A DNA stretch of 47,215 nucleotides from Phoronis australis (taxonomy: Eukaryota > Animalia > Phoronida), in assembly GCA_002633005.1 (NCBI GenBank), contig NMRA01000099.1, forward strand, positions 492,684 to 539,898, written 5' to 3'. Under the pieces are notes generated by a model that did not search any database, was not told the DNA's origin, and was given only the letters and a program-made list of their open reading frames with translations. Shown here piece after piece: positions 12,234-25,682 of the stretch. The translations under genes and the position numbers were made by a program. Each line of letters opens with the position of its first letter. The stretch's first letter is position 1.

Positions 12234-13577
12234 GTAAGTTTAAAAAACATGGTCGTAATCATCAGTTAGGATGACATTCTACTGTGTCTCTGTGATGGCC
12301 ACACTCTTTGTAAGAAATCAATCATTGACTTGAATGAGTACTCTGTAGGTAAAGTTGCAGTATACCCTCAAACAATTTAAGAAGCTGTGCCTTCAGTTAA
12401 CAGCTGGAACACAATGACCTCTGACCTTACACTTCAAGCAAAAGGTCGTAATCACCAGTTCGACAGTGGGTGTAGCTTCAGCCAATGCTGAAGACAAGAT
12501 GATCAGTAATGCAGGGATTTCATCTACGCCTGCTGTCATTTTTTAAATGCATTATGGGATGGATGTTGACTTGTAAACAAGAGAACATGAGGGCTTTTTG
12601 CATAACTTGTACTTTTATTTATAGTTTTATGTTGAAAATATGTAATCTTCAAAATATTAACAAGATTTGAGGGTACTTTAACTTCTATTTTCCCTTCAGA
12701 GTTTTCTGATTTGTAAACTTATTCTGTGAATTTACATTGTCTGGTTAAAACACGAATAATGTGCGGATATCAAACACAATACCTGGGAAACCTGAAGCAA
12801 GGCCTTTCATGCATCGCTCCTCCAGGGAAGGCAAGCCGCCGAGTACACTGAATATGGGTCTGTGTCAGGTCTGAGTCTCAGCAGAGTGTTCAGTGATCCC
12901 CAGACACCAACAATCAGTCAATAGCCCGTTTTCTATCATGAAAAATTATCGACAGGTTAGCGACTGTGCTAACTTAAAATCTAACTGTTTGGCTCGCACA
13001 CAGTTTTGTTGTCGGTAATCACTCCTCGGCAAAACAACAGTTGCAGTGAAATTCATTTGCTAGCAACCAGATGGATATCATGCTTAGAGGCCTCAAGGTC
13101 CTGTTGCTGGTCTTCATCATCACAGCAACGTGCTTTTTGGTACAAGTATGCCGAGTAAAATAACAATCATACGAAAATAAAAAATTCAATTGGTGATGTT
13201 GTTATATGAAGTTATGAGTTAGAAGTCACTGTTTCAGTGCCATAAACAAAGATTTCTAGCTTCAACTTCATGGCTGTTGTCTCAGGCTTTCAAAATGATG
13301 TGGAAATTAACGTCCTGCCTGTCAGATGGTTACGTGGGTAATGGTCTGATGTAACGTGCCAGAATTTTGAGAACCAGTTTTCTCCTCTGAGTAATGGGCA
13401 TCAAACTTTTTCTCAAAATAAGGGCATGTTATATCAGACTATTGCCGGTATCATATACCTCATTGACCAATCACGATGAGTCATCTCTGTTCTGATTACC
13501 CGCTGCAATTTCTGGAATCCTTCTGTGGTCATTAGGATTGAAGATATCGAAGATAATATTCCATTTACCAGGCAAAT

Positions 13578-13666
13578 TCTCTCTCTCACTCTCTCTCTCT
13601 CCCTCCCTCTCTCTCTCCTTCCCTCTCTCTCCTTCCCTNTCCCTCCGTCCCTCCCTCCCTCTCTCT
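13578..13666. repeat. (CT)n/(CCCT)n microsatellite containing one N
   Basis: Directly visible pyrimidine tract. Confidence 0.9.
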
Positions 13667-13816
13667 GCTATTGTCGAGTACCGTACAACATGGCATAATA
13701 ATTATTAAGTTCATATTATCTGCTCATTTGATAACACATGATGACCTTATTTGCATCCCTTCCTTAATATGTTAATAGGATCGTTATCATATTAACTTAC
13801 TGTTATTTTGCTCCAG

Positions 13817-13948
13817 ACTACAAATGACTGCGACTGTGATCCAGGCCAGTGTAAGGCCTGTGATAACTACATAAAGGAACTCGATGAACTTCTACTGTAC
13901 AGTCTACCTAAGGTCAAGGTCGGAGGGTTCTTCCTGGAATCAATCCAG
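13817..13948 (+). CDS. AGXT2: AGXT2 coding exon (TTNDCDCDPGQCKACDNYI..GGFFLESIQ)
   Basis: ctccag| and |gtttgt; 132 nt. Confidence 0.93.
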
Positions 13949-15067
13949 GTTTGTTGTCATGTGACACAGATGCTGATGGGAGTGTAGCACAAACTACTGC
14001 ATTGACTTGTGACTTGGGGTCTAATATTTGCTCATAAAATGCTCCAATTCAATACAAAACAAGCTCTATCGCCTGTTCACCGACCATCAGGATTAGCGTT
14101 AAATATTTTATTCCAATGTACGTGCTCTGAGTCAAGGCCTATTAGATCTTCAGTCCATTCCATGTAACAACCAAAACACAGTGTCCCTGTGGATTTGTAC
14201 AGCTCTAATTGAATACTCAACTGTTTTATGTTGCCTTATTTTTGGCACTAGCATGTCCATGACAACTGTCTCTTGTTCACCCTTACTTGTGTTCAATAGG
14301 CTAGGAGCAAGTTAGGGGCTCTGTCACTGTCAGCCTGACAGTGATTAACTTCATATTTGCGACCCAAAGCTTCATAGCCTTTTGTTTGATAGTTGCCCCA
14401 TCATCAACTAGACCTTACCCAGCCTGGCCGCTCTAAGACAGGATGAAAACTTGTACTCAGTTTTTGAAATCTGCAAATTGCCATTTTGAATTCCTCATCA
14501 AATGTTGATGTTTTTCATTTCTCGAATCACAAAAATCGTCAATGAGATGCAAAATTAAGAAAACATAATTAATTGCATTGAGTTCAGGTCACTATTAGAA
14601 GCGTCAGGTAGATAGCTGACTTACCTGTTTTGATAGCGGACAATAGAGAGCTCAACAATAATGTGTCATGAGTGTATGGTGGTGATTTTGTCATGTCAAC
14701 GTATCGCAATGATGGAAATAACACTTAAGAAAAATGTTTTAAACATTTTGAAGCATGCAACATTTTTTGTAAGATTTTTGTTCCAGATCTGGATCATTTA
14801 AAGTTAATTTTGAAAAAGAATGTTCTGTTACCCTATTTTTAAATAATTTAAGTTGTCAATCACATTTTGAATTCTGGTTAGCTTCTTAGAACTGCCATGT
14901 GAGGGAATTTTTATTTCATATTTAAATATCATGTCATTTTTATCTACCCATTTATCACTGAGAGCACCCATTTTAAATGCAATGTGTACATGACTTCTGT
15001 TTCGCTGTGTACTGTTCTATACTTGGAGTTATGAAATACAGGAGCTATTTTTATCTGTTCTGTATAG

Positions 15068-15160
15068 GGCGTTGGTGGTTCAGTTCAGTTTCCAAGGGGA
15101 TTTGCCAAGCGAGCCTTTGAAATGATACGTGCTAAAGGAGGAGTTTGTATCTCGGATGAG
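15068..15160 (+). CDS. AGXT2: AGXT2 coding exon ([31 protein letters not shown])
   Basis: gtatag| and |gtatga; 93 nt. Confidence 0.95.
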
Positions 15161-15596
15161 GTATGATTATTAGTTGATAATGCTTTTAATGACAATGCAA
15201 AATTTGTTGACTATGTATTTAATGTAAACTTTATTTAATTAGGCATTGCTTTATTAGCGTATGAGACATCATCGTAAGCTGATGTTACAGGCACCAGATA
15301 GGGGTACTATGTTTCACTCCATGAAAGTGGTAGAGCAGGGGGCTGGGGACCCCCTATAGATTTACGGCTGTGTTGAAACAGGTAAAGAATTCCATGTGTG
15401 GTGTCCTGTGTAGTGAGGAATGCTTGCTCACAGTCATAAAGAACCGATAATAAAGGGCTGAACTACAAAACTTGAACCAAAGTCATTGTTTTTAGAGATG
15501 GTGTTTCTTGTTTCTTTAACCAGGATCATTAGTAAGAGGCCATTGAGATGGATTTTTATGTGCCTCTACTAATACTTGTAATTTTATCATTATCAG

Positions 15597-15669
15597 GTCC
15601 AAACTGGATTTGGAAGGACTGGCGAGCATTATTGGGGCTTTGAGGGTCACGGAGTCGTGCCAGACATGG
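15597..15669 (+). CDS. AGXT2: AGXT2 coding exon ([24 protein letters not shown])
   Basis: tatcag| and |gtgagt; 73 nt; class-III aminotransferase PLP signature. Confidence 0.95.
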
Positions 15670-16914
15670 GTGAGTGGTCTTATGGTCATGTTTTCTCAAG
15701 GTAGGAGTTCGAAAGTTTTGTGTGGCAACAGTTTGATAAGAGACCACTTGTACTTGTTTTTATGCGTCCATCGTTAGACTGTAAGTATTATACTGTGGTC
15801 TACATTGTCTTCACTGTGGCTTCTGTAATTGTGATTGGATTTTTGCATGGTCATTACCTGTTCCAAATTGTGTATTTTCTAACAAATATTATGTTTTTGT
15901 GTTTAAGCGTGTCATCACACACTTAGCACTTTTGATTTTGTTTGATTTTTATCAAATTTAGTTTGATCTCTAACCTATATATTACTGAGCTTTTCAAGTG
16001 TACTTTGCAATTTAAATCTTGTTTGCACTGATTATCATAGAGGTGTACAACATACCACTTGTTTCCAATTGAATGAATTGTGTAATGGCTTGTCCATTCA
16101 TGCCAAATGAGAAAAATGTTTACAGACCTTTGGGGGTGGGAGGGGGGGTGTAATTTGTAAACAGAACTTTCAAGTCATGTTTGCAGTCACTTGTAGTATG
16201 TACAGGTCAACTGTATGTGGTTATTTCTTTTTTGGAATGAGACTGAACATTTTCATTCTTCGCCTAATCCTGAAATCAAATGTCGCCACTCGAAACGATC
16301 TCTATGGTAACTGAGTTTTCACCTTTTGATATGACTCAATTCATCGTTTTAGAAAAACGGGTGATTGTGTACAAGATCATCTGAATTCGCAGCTTTTTAT
16401 TGGCTCCCAAATGTGACGCATATAGTACTGTTAATTCTTGCCCGTTTCAATCAAAAATTATTTGCCAAAATTGACGTTTCTGATTTTTCATGAGCTTCTA
16501 ATATTGATGTGCGTACCCACGATTTTAGAAATATTGTCTGATGGTAGCTATGCCACAGAATTTGAAAATGGCAAAACATTAATTTGATTTTTATTTTATA
16601 TTGAAAAAGTGGGTTAATAAAATGCCATTTGTTTGCCATATTGTGTCCTAAATTGAGATTTTTCCCTAGTGCTGTTTTGTAGAGGCCTTCATTTTTTTAC
16701 TCCCACTGCTAAAGAGCGCATTGTTGTTGCTACTCTGCCTTCGTTACAACTAACTCAATAAGCAGGTGGCAACGGGAAAACATTAAAAAAAATTCAATCA
16801 TCTTTCTGATTTTGTTCTTCGAACCTTGCCATACCGTAATTGTTAGCGGCCTCTTGTGGTCAAGGTGGAACCAAAGCCATCTGTTGTCATGAAATAGTAA
16901 TGAGTGACTGGTGA

Positions 16915-17148
<234 letters not shown>

Positions 17149-17804
17149 TAAGAAATAGAAAGTTTGATATTATATGAAGTACCTTCAGCTGTTGGACATA
17201 TCTTGGCACTTAGTCTAGATGTGAGACAGTTAAACTATCAACTGAAAGGTTCCAATCTCAAACCCTGCCATGCACCTGTTAAAACAAATCCTTTGCCCAC
17301 AAGGTGTGATCCAGATACACATACTTGCTCTTCTAAGAATGCTGTAACACTTGAAGCTGGCCATAAAAATAACTGACATCGTGCCAATGTGATCAGGCAG
17401 ACTGGTTGGCATAATTAGACCAAATTCATCTCTTCAAAGCAGTTTTAAGAATTCGTTCAATGTTGTAAATATAACTTATGGTAAACTTCTCTACAATTGA
17501 AACAAAAATATCTGTCAAAATTGTCATTTTTCCAACTTTCGAAAGGCTGAAAACTATTGTCAAAAATTCTCATATTTCGTTGCGTGTTTGTTGATGGCAA
17601 TTTTACAATCTAAACTTTGGAAACAACGAAGTAAAGTTTTCTTCCTGTTTAGAACTTAATATGTTGCGAAATTTGATAAAATGGTTTTTCACTTGTACGC
17701 CATAATATGTTCTAAATTAAAGAGAATTTATTGTATCAAGCTTTTAGCTTTGCAGTTATGCACGAAAATGAAATTAATTTGTGGTTGTGGTGGTTTGTCT
17801 GCAG

Positions 17805-17954
17805 GTGATTGAGGAGGATGGATGCCAAGAGATCAGTCGCACGGTCGGTACATATTTCTTGGAGGGACTCGCCAAGTTCAGAGATGAGTTTGAATTTGTG
17901 GGCGACGTGCGTGGAAAGGGCCTAATGATTGGTCTGGAATTTGTCACCGATAAA
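17805..17954 (+). CDS. AGXT2: AGXT2 coding exon ([27 protein letters not shown])
   Basis: ctgcag| and |gtatgt; 150 nt. Confidence 0.95.
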
Positions 17955-19292
17955 GTATGTCTATTCAAGTAGTTGTACACCCTCATGTCTGTGTGGCCAA
18001 AGTTTAATGTCTGCACTGAGTGGTTTGAATTTTTTTTAAAATTCAGTAGATTCTTAAGTAATATTTTCCTCTTTCTACTGAATTTAAGATTTATTGACAA
18101 TTTTGTATCATAATGTCCATTTATTTGATGAAGGCTTATTCTAAGAAAATGAGTTTTAGTTTTAACCATAGAGTGATTTATTTTATAAGTAGACCCTTAG
18201 CCAATAGATGGCCCTTATTCAAAACTGACTGTCTTCCATCCTTTCCATTTCTTGTCCATTCTTCCCATTGTTTGTGTTTGTCTTTTCCCTCACCAGTCTG
18301 AGCTTCATATTTGATAATGAAGCCTGAATGTACTTCACATGCCTTGCATGGTAATGCCATCAGTGGACGTGACCAAAAACATCATTGGTGTGCCAAGGCA
18401 GGGCTTACATAGAATATTCCTGGAAACTTGTGGTTGATGTTGTAGTCCAAGCATCATATTGCGTTGCATCAATATAGGACACTGACTAGCTATCCTTGTT
18501 TTATAACTTGGAGTGATTGCACAGTTGTCTCTTCCCCTCCCTTACGCCTTCCTTGATATGCCAGTGGGTGTATTTTACGTTCATCTGTGCTTGCACAAGA
18601 AAATTCTCTACCATGCAAATACTAGAGATTTCAATAAATGGAAACAGTATAATCCTATGAACCACTATGAGTGATTCTGAGATAGACGTTTATGAGTGGT
18701 TCCTACTGATTGTCCCATATCAAGCCTGTACGATGGATTAAATGCACACTCACAAGTTCTAGACCGAGTCACATGTTTTCAAGTGGTATAAATTTACCAG
18801 ACTGCAGTGAAGGTAGTGCATTTGTAAACAAAGTGTTCTTGATGAAGTTGAATTGCTTGCAACTAGCTATGAATGTTACTCCACTAGTTGACCTGACACT
18901 TCTGAAGTGGATGGTTTAGTAGTTCACCTGGTAGTCACTAGAGGGCATGTGTTTCAGTTTAAAGGTAATTATTCAATTTGTAAGTGAAGTAGACATTTTA
19001 AATTGCTCCTACTTTTGGTTTCTGTTTTTCTACTTTTTAGCTACTGTTTGCGAACATGTCTGTCTCGTTTTATCCTACTTTTTGTGGGAGGCCTAAATAT
19101 GTAAGTTTGATGTGAAAGTGAGCTGAAGAAAACATTACCACACATGTGAGGATGTGGGATATGGTGATAATGTGCAAATCTCTGTGTTGTATGTTATACA
19201 CTTGGACTGTCGTGAAATGATGTTATAAAGTTAACATAGTGTGCTAGGTGTCACTGCTTCTCTTGAAGTCATGAGTGACATGTTTCGTTCAG

Positions 19293-19391
19293 GCAAGCAA
19301 GACTCCCCTGGACAACGACTCTGTCGTATCCATGTGGGAAAGGTGTAAAGACCTTGGAGTACTGCTGGGCAAAGGTGGAATCCATGGAAAC
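19293..19391 (+). CDS. AGXT2: AGXT2 coding exon (ASKTPLDNDSVVSMWERCKDLGVLLGKGGIHGN)
   Basis: gttcag| and |gtaagt; 99 nt. Confidence 0.93.
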
Positions 19392-19402
19392 GTAAGTCAT
19401 CA

Positions 19403-21238
19403 TTATGGGCAGGGAAAAGGTTCAAAATAGACAACACTGCCAAATAAAGAAGTGGTTATAGATAAGTAGTTTGCTAAACACATAAGTGATTTGTCAAATA
19501 AACAAGTCAAAAGAATGCTATGGTTTTCCAAACGGACAAGGCAACGTTACAGATTTTGTCGCATAAACAAGTGCCTACTGTTAAACAAACAAGTAAGTTG
19601 GCAAGTAGGTTACTAAACAGCCAAGTAACTTGGGAGGCTCAATTTTCCAATAATTAAGTTAACGAACAGACAAGTCATCTGTTAAATGAACAGGACAATC
19701 ACAGCAAATGAACGGAGGGTCTACTTGAAAACGAAGGTCATCAAGGAGTCTCACTAACTTACTCATTCCCGAACTTGCATTATTAATAGTATTTTTATTT
19801 TGGGATGGGACAAGAAGTGATATGAGGTTTTGCTGCAGCTTTGCGCCACTGTACATTTTGAAGCTGTTGCTTGACGCCAGTGAAATTGAAGTGCAAGAGA
19901 GCGCGAGCTTTCCTCGTAAAATTACACAAGTGTTGCTTGCCAAGAGTGTTTTATAGTCTATGGCAAATTAACAGAAATTTTCAGCAGCCAGTTTCGATCC
20001 CTTTTCATAATGCCACAGTTTTCTAACTGTGGATGAGAGTTTGGTCGGAAAATCGTAATTGAAAGATAAGATCAACTCGGAGAAACCCTGTCAACTGTTG
20101 GCAATTAATCATGAAGGGTGCTGAAAACTTTGTGACGCAAGACTCGCTATATTATCATAATTTCATTTGAAACAAAATCATGTAATGGCTTTGTGGGTAT
20201 GATGCCAAAGTAACGAATCTAATTGTTGCAGTTTTGACAACATTGACCCTAAGTACTTGTATGTAATGCAGAGTATTATTGATGTTAAGGAAGAAAATGG
20301 TTGTACATAGTAAATAAGGGTAACTCAAAATAATTCCAAGGCTATTGGATTGTTTCATTTCTGGCGGTATATTGATAAACATTGACGGAAGTAACATAAG
20401 ACTGTATTTTTCAAAATTTGAAACAAAAAAATCTTGTATATATGCAACATAAGACTGTATTTTTCAAAATTTGAAACAAAAAAATCTTGTATATATGCAA
20501 AACTAACTTTGCAATTGTACACCGATTACAGCATCCACTGAACTTCAAATTTCGTCAAAAAAGAGGATAACCCAGTAAAATATGTAATCGCAAAGTAACA
20601 CGCCAGTTCGGACATGACTGCATGTCATAATAGTTTAATTTCAAATTATGGAATGACAACTAATTGACAGTGTGGCCAAACCAACCTTTTATGGTGGGTT
20701 TAGGTACATGGTCGTAAACAGTTCTACTATTTGCTTTTAACCAGCAGCTTGATTTCAACAAACAAATGCTTCACAATTACATATTAAGTTTATTTTAAGA
20801 ATGGTCGATGACAAATTAAGAACAGTCCTATGAATGAGATTCTTCACGGCAGATCAACTAAAAAGAACTTTGGAATTTATGTGCTCATTATGGGGCTCAT
20901 GATATTCGATGACTTAGCGTGACGTCCACTATTTCTTGATTTACGATAGCACTCTCTGTCCTGTCTGTTCGACAATTACGTCTATTTGGCAGTACCAACA
21001 TGTTCATTTGACAATTAGCCTGTCTGTTTGTTAGAACTGACATGTTCGTTCGACAAGCAACCTGTCTGTTCAGCGCAACTAACTTCTTCGTTCACTAGGC
21101 CCACCTTTCTGTTTGTCAAAATTTAACTAAAAAATAACCTGTCTGTTTGCCAAAACTGAACCAAATAGCCTGTCTGTTTGAAAACTAGCTTGTACGTTCG
21201 ACAGTGTTGTCTATTTTGAATCTTTTCACTGCCCATAA
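19403..21238. mobile_element. 1836-bp non-autonomous TIR element with 5-bp TSD (CATCA) and subterminal short-repeat arrays
   Basis: 37-bp TIR TTATGGGCAGGGAAAAGGTTCAAAATAGACAACACTG / CAGTGTTGTCTATTTTGAATCTTTTCACTGCCCATAA (2 mismatches); inverted arrays of AACAGACA(A/G)G and CCTGTCTGTT. Confidence 0.8.
20393..20500. repeat. Perfect 53-bp tandem duplication
   Basis: AACATAAGACTGTATTTTTCAAAATTTGAAACAAAAAAATCTTGTATATATGC x2. Confidence 0.95.
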
Positions 21239-21969
21239 CATCAACTGTTCTATTGAAATAGTGTCGGCCCATATTTAACTTTCCTCTCCTCTCTTAAGGA
21301 GGTCTGAAAGACTTTCAATGGTTGATCTGGTATGTATTTAAGTTTTCACACACATTCGCTTTGAGTTAGTTAAGCCTTATGTTTCGCTTTATTTCTGCCT
21401 GAAGACGAGGCATGGTCTGTCTTGAAACATTGTTGTGTTTCTGTGACTTAGTGTTGTTGTTGTTTGGCACATTTATTCTATACCAGCATGCATAGGAAGT
21501 TAATGTAGACAGGTGGTCTGATGCGTTTGGTGTAATACCAGGCTTATTTAGACCACATGCCTGAGTTCATTGCACTAATCACCAGAATATGATGCATTGG
21601 GACCCCTCACCATGGGGTTCCTGATACCGAGTCTTCTAATTTCTTAGGAAATTGGAAAGACTGTTAAATTTTTTTATTCCCTTAGCAACGATTTGAAGAG
21701 CTTTGTTCAGGGATTAACCCGAAATTAAATGAGAAAACAAAAGAAATCGAATCCATGTTTTTCATCAGATTTTGTTTTTCACTTCAACAATAATGTGGGC
21801 AGCATACTACAGATGTCGCAACTGTTACATTTGGCAGAGAGTCGCGAAGAATTCACAAGCGGATACATAACTCAAATTCATGTAGGGTACTAAAATGTCT
21901 TCCCGAGTCTCCATTTGTGATTATGTTGTGTTGGCCATGACTTCCATTCACTGTTGTAAATATTTCCAG

Positions 21970-22077
21970 GTTCTGAGAATCAAACCACCCATGTGTATAA
22001 CCAAAGATGATGTTGACTTCGCCTTGGCTGTCATGAAGCAAGCCATGTCAGAGTTCAGGGATCAGCAGTCAAACTAA
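21970..22077 (+). CDS. AGXT2: AGXT2 last coding exon (VLRIKPPMCITKDDVDFALAVMKQAMSEFRDQQSN*)
   Basis: ttccag| acceptor; TAA at 22075-22077. Confidence 0.95.
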   Translation, partial: VLRIKPPMCITKDDVDFALAVMKQAMSEFRDQQSN

Positions 22078-25000
22078 GGTTCTGTTTGTTTGGCCTAATT
22101 TGTAAGCCTTCCTCAGTTTGGGACAATCTTGAATAATCTGCTTGTGAGGTGTTGAATTAATGAAATTTTTTCACAATCTCAAATTGCGTTTGGCCATCTC
22201 TGCTTGTGACCGAGCAGTCCTCTATCTTGAGGATTTTCAACTTTGTTACCTCACGTTGCTGATGTTTGTTCTTCCTTTGGACCAGAAAGATCAAACTCGG
22301 TCTCTTAATGTACAAGCCCAACTTAACCTCTTGATGGTATTGACTGAGGATGACAGAATGTAGACATTTTGGCCAAAGACATGCGTCGAGTGTGTCACCG
22401 GTGACATGGTTCTTGCTCAGATTTTACAACTCTTGATCAGTTCCCACTAGGTTTCTTACCGCTGTCAATATTGTATTTTAAGGAAACTTACCTAGATGTG
22501 ACAGGCCCTTAGGAATTTTACATTGTTGACAAATAAGGTGTAACCCTAAATGATAGTGTTGTATTGTAATGGGTTTGTTCAGATATGTTTTGTACTGTTT
22601 GATACAGAAAATTCTAATTATTTTCTGGACTTAAGAATTGATATCAACATTTTGCTGGTCACTGTCGATTTTTTCAAACTTCTGGTTTGTTTTGATTTTG
22701 AGGCCAATGGCAGAAAACATTAAACAATACCGGATCTACTGTATGTGAAAAGTCGAGTCTCAATTTACCAGTTCTGGTTAAGGACAAGACATAGTGTTCT
22801 TTTCTCTCAAAAATGTACTCCAACCTTCAAACCAATGGGCTTTTTCCTCTTGTAGAATCATTATTGTCAATTCTAAAGTACTCCAAGAAAAATATTATTT
22901 TTGTGTATCACATTTCTCCACTAGATGAGTGACAATCTCTCTGTCAATATATTCTGCATCGTTTGTTTTTTGTTCAACAATCTGCATTATGGTTTGTCAC
23001 CTGTTCACCATCATTTCTTTTTCTTCTAGAAGAAAATAATCACGAGTAACGGTGCTACCAACAGTTAGAGCACACTTGTATGTCTGATAGCCTCTGAATT
23101 TTGTCAGGGCTGCAATGCTAAGTTTGTGGCTAATCTCTACTCGTATATATATTTCAGCCATGCTTTAGTGGTCAAGTTTTGCGGATAAGACGGAATGCTG
23201 CTAAAAGTGCTTTGAACTGTTCTTGAAGATTTCCAAGATCATAGTTTCCTTATACTTATACACAAGCATGAATCGCCAATCGGATGTTATTCCTGACTTA
23301 TGACAAAGCAATGAGACACTGCCTGTATGGTAGAAATTTCAATAATTTTGACTGTGCAGAAGTTAGGTTTACTCTTGAGGTTGTGGACTTAGACGAAGCT
23401 ATGAAAACAATCAAATTGGTCATCTTTGCAATTGAGTATATTTTTACGTAGAAATTACTATTTTGAAAACATTAATCATTTGGAAACATCAATTTTGTAT
23501 TAATTTAGTTACATTGAAGCATATATGTCTATAGGTGAGTAGTTGCACTGTTATCTTTGTCTGTTCCTTTGATTGTCCATCAAGGTTGTCTATTGTGAGG
23601 GAGTCTGTGGCTTGCAGCAATTTTCCAAACCCATTGATGAATATTCTTGACATTTTAAATCCTTAAATGGATACTTAACCCTGTTTTGATGATTTCAACC
23701 AATCCTCATTGTGTCACCTGCTAATGTATCATTGCCATCAGTCTTGAAAGATGAAAGGAGGAATCGATTAAAAATCCATACCCCCTTTGTCACAGATTAT
23801 ATATTGCAGCTCTTGCTGGGTCATCTTTCCCCACAGTTACCGTGTAATTCACTAAAAGCACTTGCCCGTTTATCAGACCTTGAAAGGAGTTTTCAAAATT
23901 TCCTCCAAACTTTTGAGGGTTGTAGAGGGTTACAAAGCATTATTTTGTTTCAGAGAATTTAATGGGAAAGTTGTTTTCAATGTCTCAGTGTTAACAGAAC
24001 AAAACCGGGTTTGGTATCCTTTTAATATTTCTTGTAATACCTTGATGGCATTATGTTTCAAAGTTCTGTGGGCTTCCACTGGCATAGACCTAGTTGTTTT
24101 TCTGTTTTCAACAGCACCAGCTGGTGGCCATCAAATTCCATTCACTTTATCTAGTTTGGCAGCTTTTTGCACCGCGATTTCAGGTTGCAATGTAGAGCAA
24201 ACAATGTCAAAAATCATTTTGAGTTCGATTTCGAGTGCAAGGATTAGACCTCAGGCTCAAGTTGCAATGTGAACTGTGGTACCGTAATTCTTTACTTATC
24301 TAGCACACAATTGGCCTACAAATGAAATTATATTTTATAAAATGTCAATTTATTCTCAGTACTTAGACCTCTGGCCCATATACATTTATAAAAGTAGCAA
24401 ATACAGGGGCGTATTTAACAAAGTGGTTGACATCATACAGACTGTTAAATTAACTATGCACAATAAGCACTTGGTGAATGAGACTAGCTAAGTTTCAAAT
24501 GTTGCAGGACTTCATCAAAGAAAGGAAGGGATCACCATCAAAGTAATTAATATTAGGACAAATGCCAAACTTTCTCCTAAGATCTTCAGAACAGAGCAGA
24601 AACACTGGTCTAGCTATTCCCAAGTGTCTGCCAATTTTGATTTTTCTCCATAAAGATTGACTTTTTAGTCTATCACAAGCATAGTGTACAGTGTGTAGAT
24701 GTCTTAAAACATTTTTTCAAGTTGCTATTACTTGCGAAAAGGCAATTAGAAAATGGAAAATGACCATTTTGGCAATTATTGTTATGCAAAATAAGTAGAG
24801 AATTACTGTGGTTTTGTAGGATTCTGACCATTGCAATACTCCCTGGTGGCTATCAGCTTTTGTTTGTTTGAAATTAGTTATTTGAGGTGTAGGGTTTCTC
24901 AATTTTTTGCATTTGGATAAGCATTTAAAAATACCAAGCAGCCTTGTCACTAGCGTTTTGCATTGGTCTCATATTGCAAATGTCCTGCCTATTGTTTTTC

Positions 25001-25172
25001 AGTTTTTTGTTACTTGTGTTGGTTTCGGATTCTACTATGAATGCAAAGTTTGATGGTCTTGGCTTAGTGCACATCATGTATAATAGGACTGAGGGTTAGA
25101 TAATTGTGTACTAAACTTGTTCATTTCCGCGTAATTGTTAAAGCTGCATTTTTCCCTGTGAAGCTGGCTAAA

Positions 25173-25360
25173 AATAAAAAGCGAACTTTTAACTCTCATA
25201 AAATCGGTCTCATAGTATTCCTTCCCATGGTAGAAGTTTCATTCTAAACAGGGCAAAATGGAGCTTCTAATTTCCAAATGTTTTATATATTTTCGTTATG
25301 TTACATAAATATATTTTCTGATGATTTATGAAGCAGTGCTAAAAGGATCTTTTAAATAAA
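25173..25360 (+). terminator. Candidate AGXT2 polyadenylation signals (AATAAA at 25173 and 25355)
   Basis: First canonical AATAAA hexamers I found after the stop codon; the second is followed by GT-rich sequence. Confidence 0.3.
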
Positions 25361-25682
25361 GTGCTATGTTTATGGCTATACCTCTGGCTTCATGTGTTAC
25401 CTGCTTCGTCATAGGGTGAAGTCGCGCAATTTTCGAACGGCCCGCCATTTTGGGACAAGAAAAAATATTTCCAAAATTAGTTTTCCATAGTCCATTCGTA
25501 CAAGGTCCAAAAACTAGTAATTTGAATCACCACACACCACAGAATTTCATAACCTCCCGTGTATTTCGTGAATAATATGCAATAGAAATCTGGTGTATAT
25601 CATGTATATTGCTTTTAACCTAACTTTCCACGAATCCGCTAAAACCAAGTTAGTCAGGTTATGTAGCGGGACCCCAGAAAAC

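Noticed and set aside
19659-20397. Transposase ORF inside the 1.8-kb TIR element
   Set aside because: Only short ORFs without DDE or other recognisable motifs; an apparent longer minus-strand frame broke on rechecking.
23711-24272. 83 and 136 aa ORFs downstream of AGXT2
   Set aside because: Non-ATG starts, low-information composition and no domains; probably 3' UTR or intergenic.
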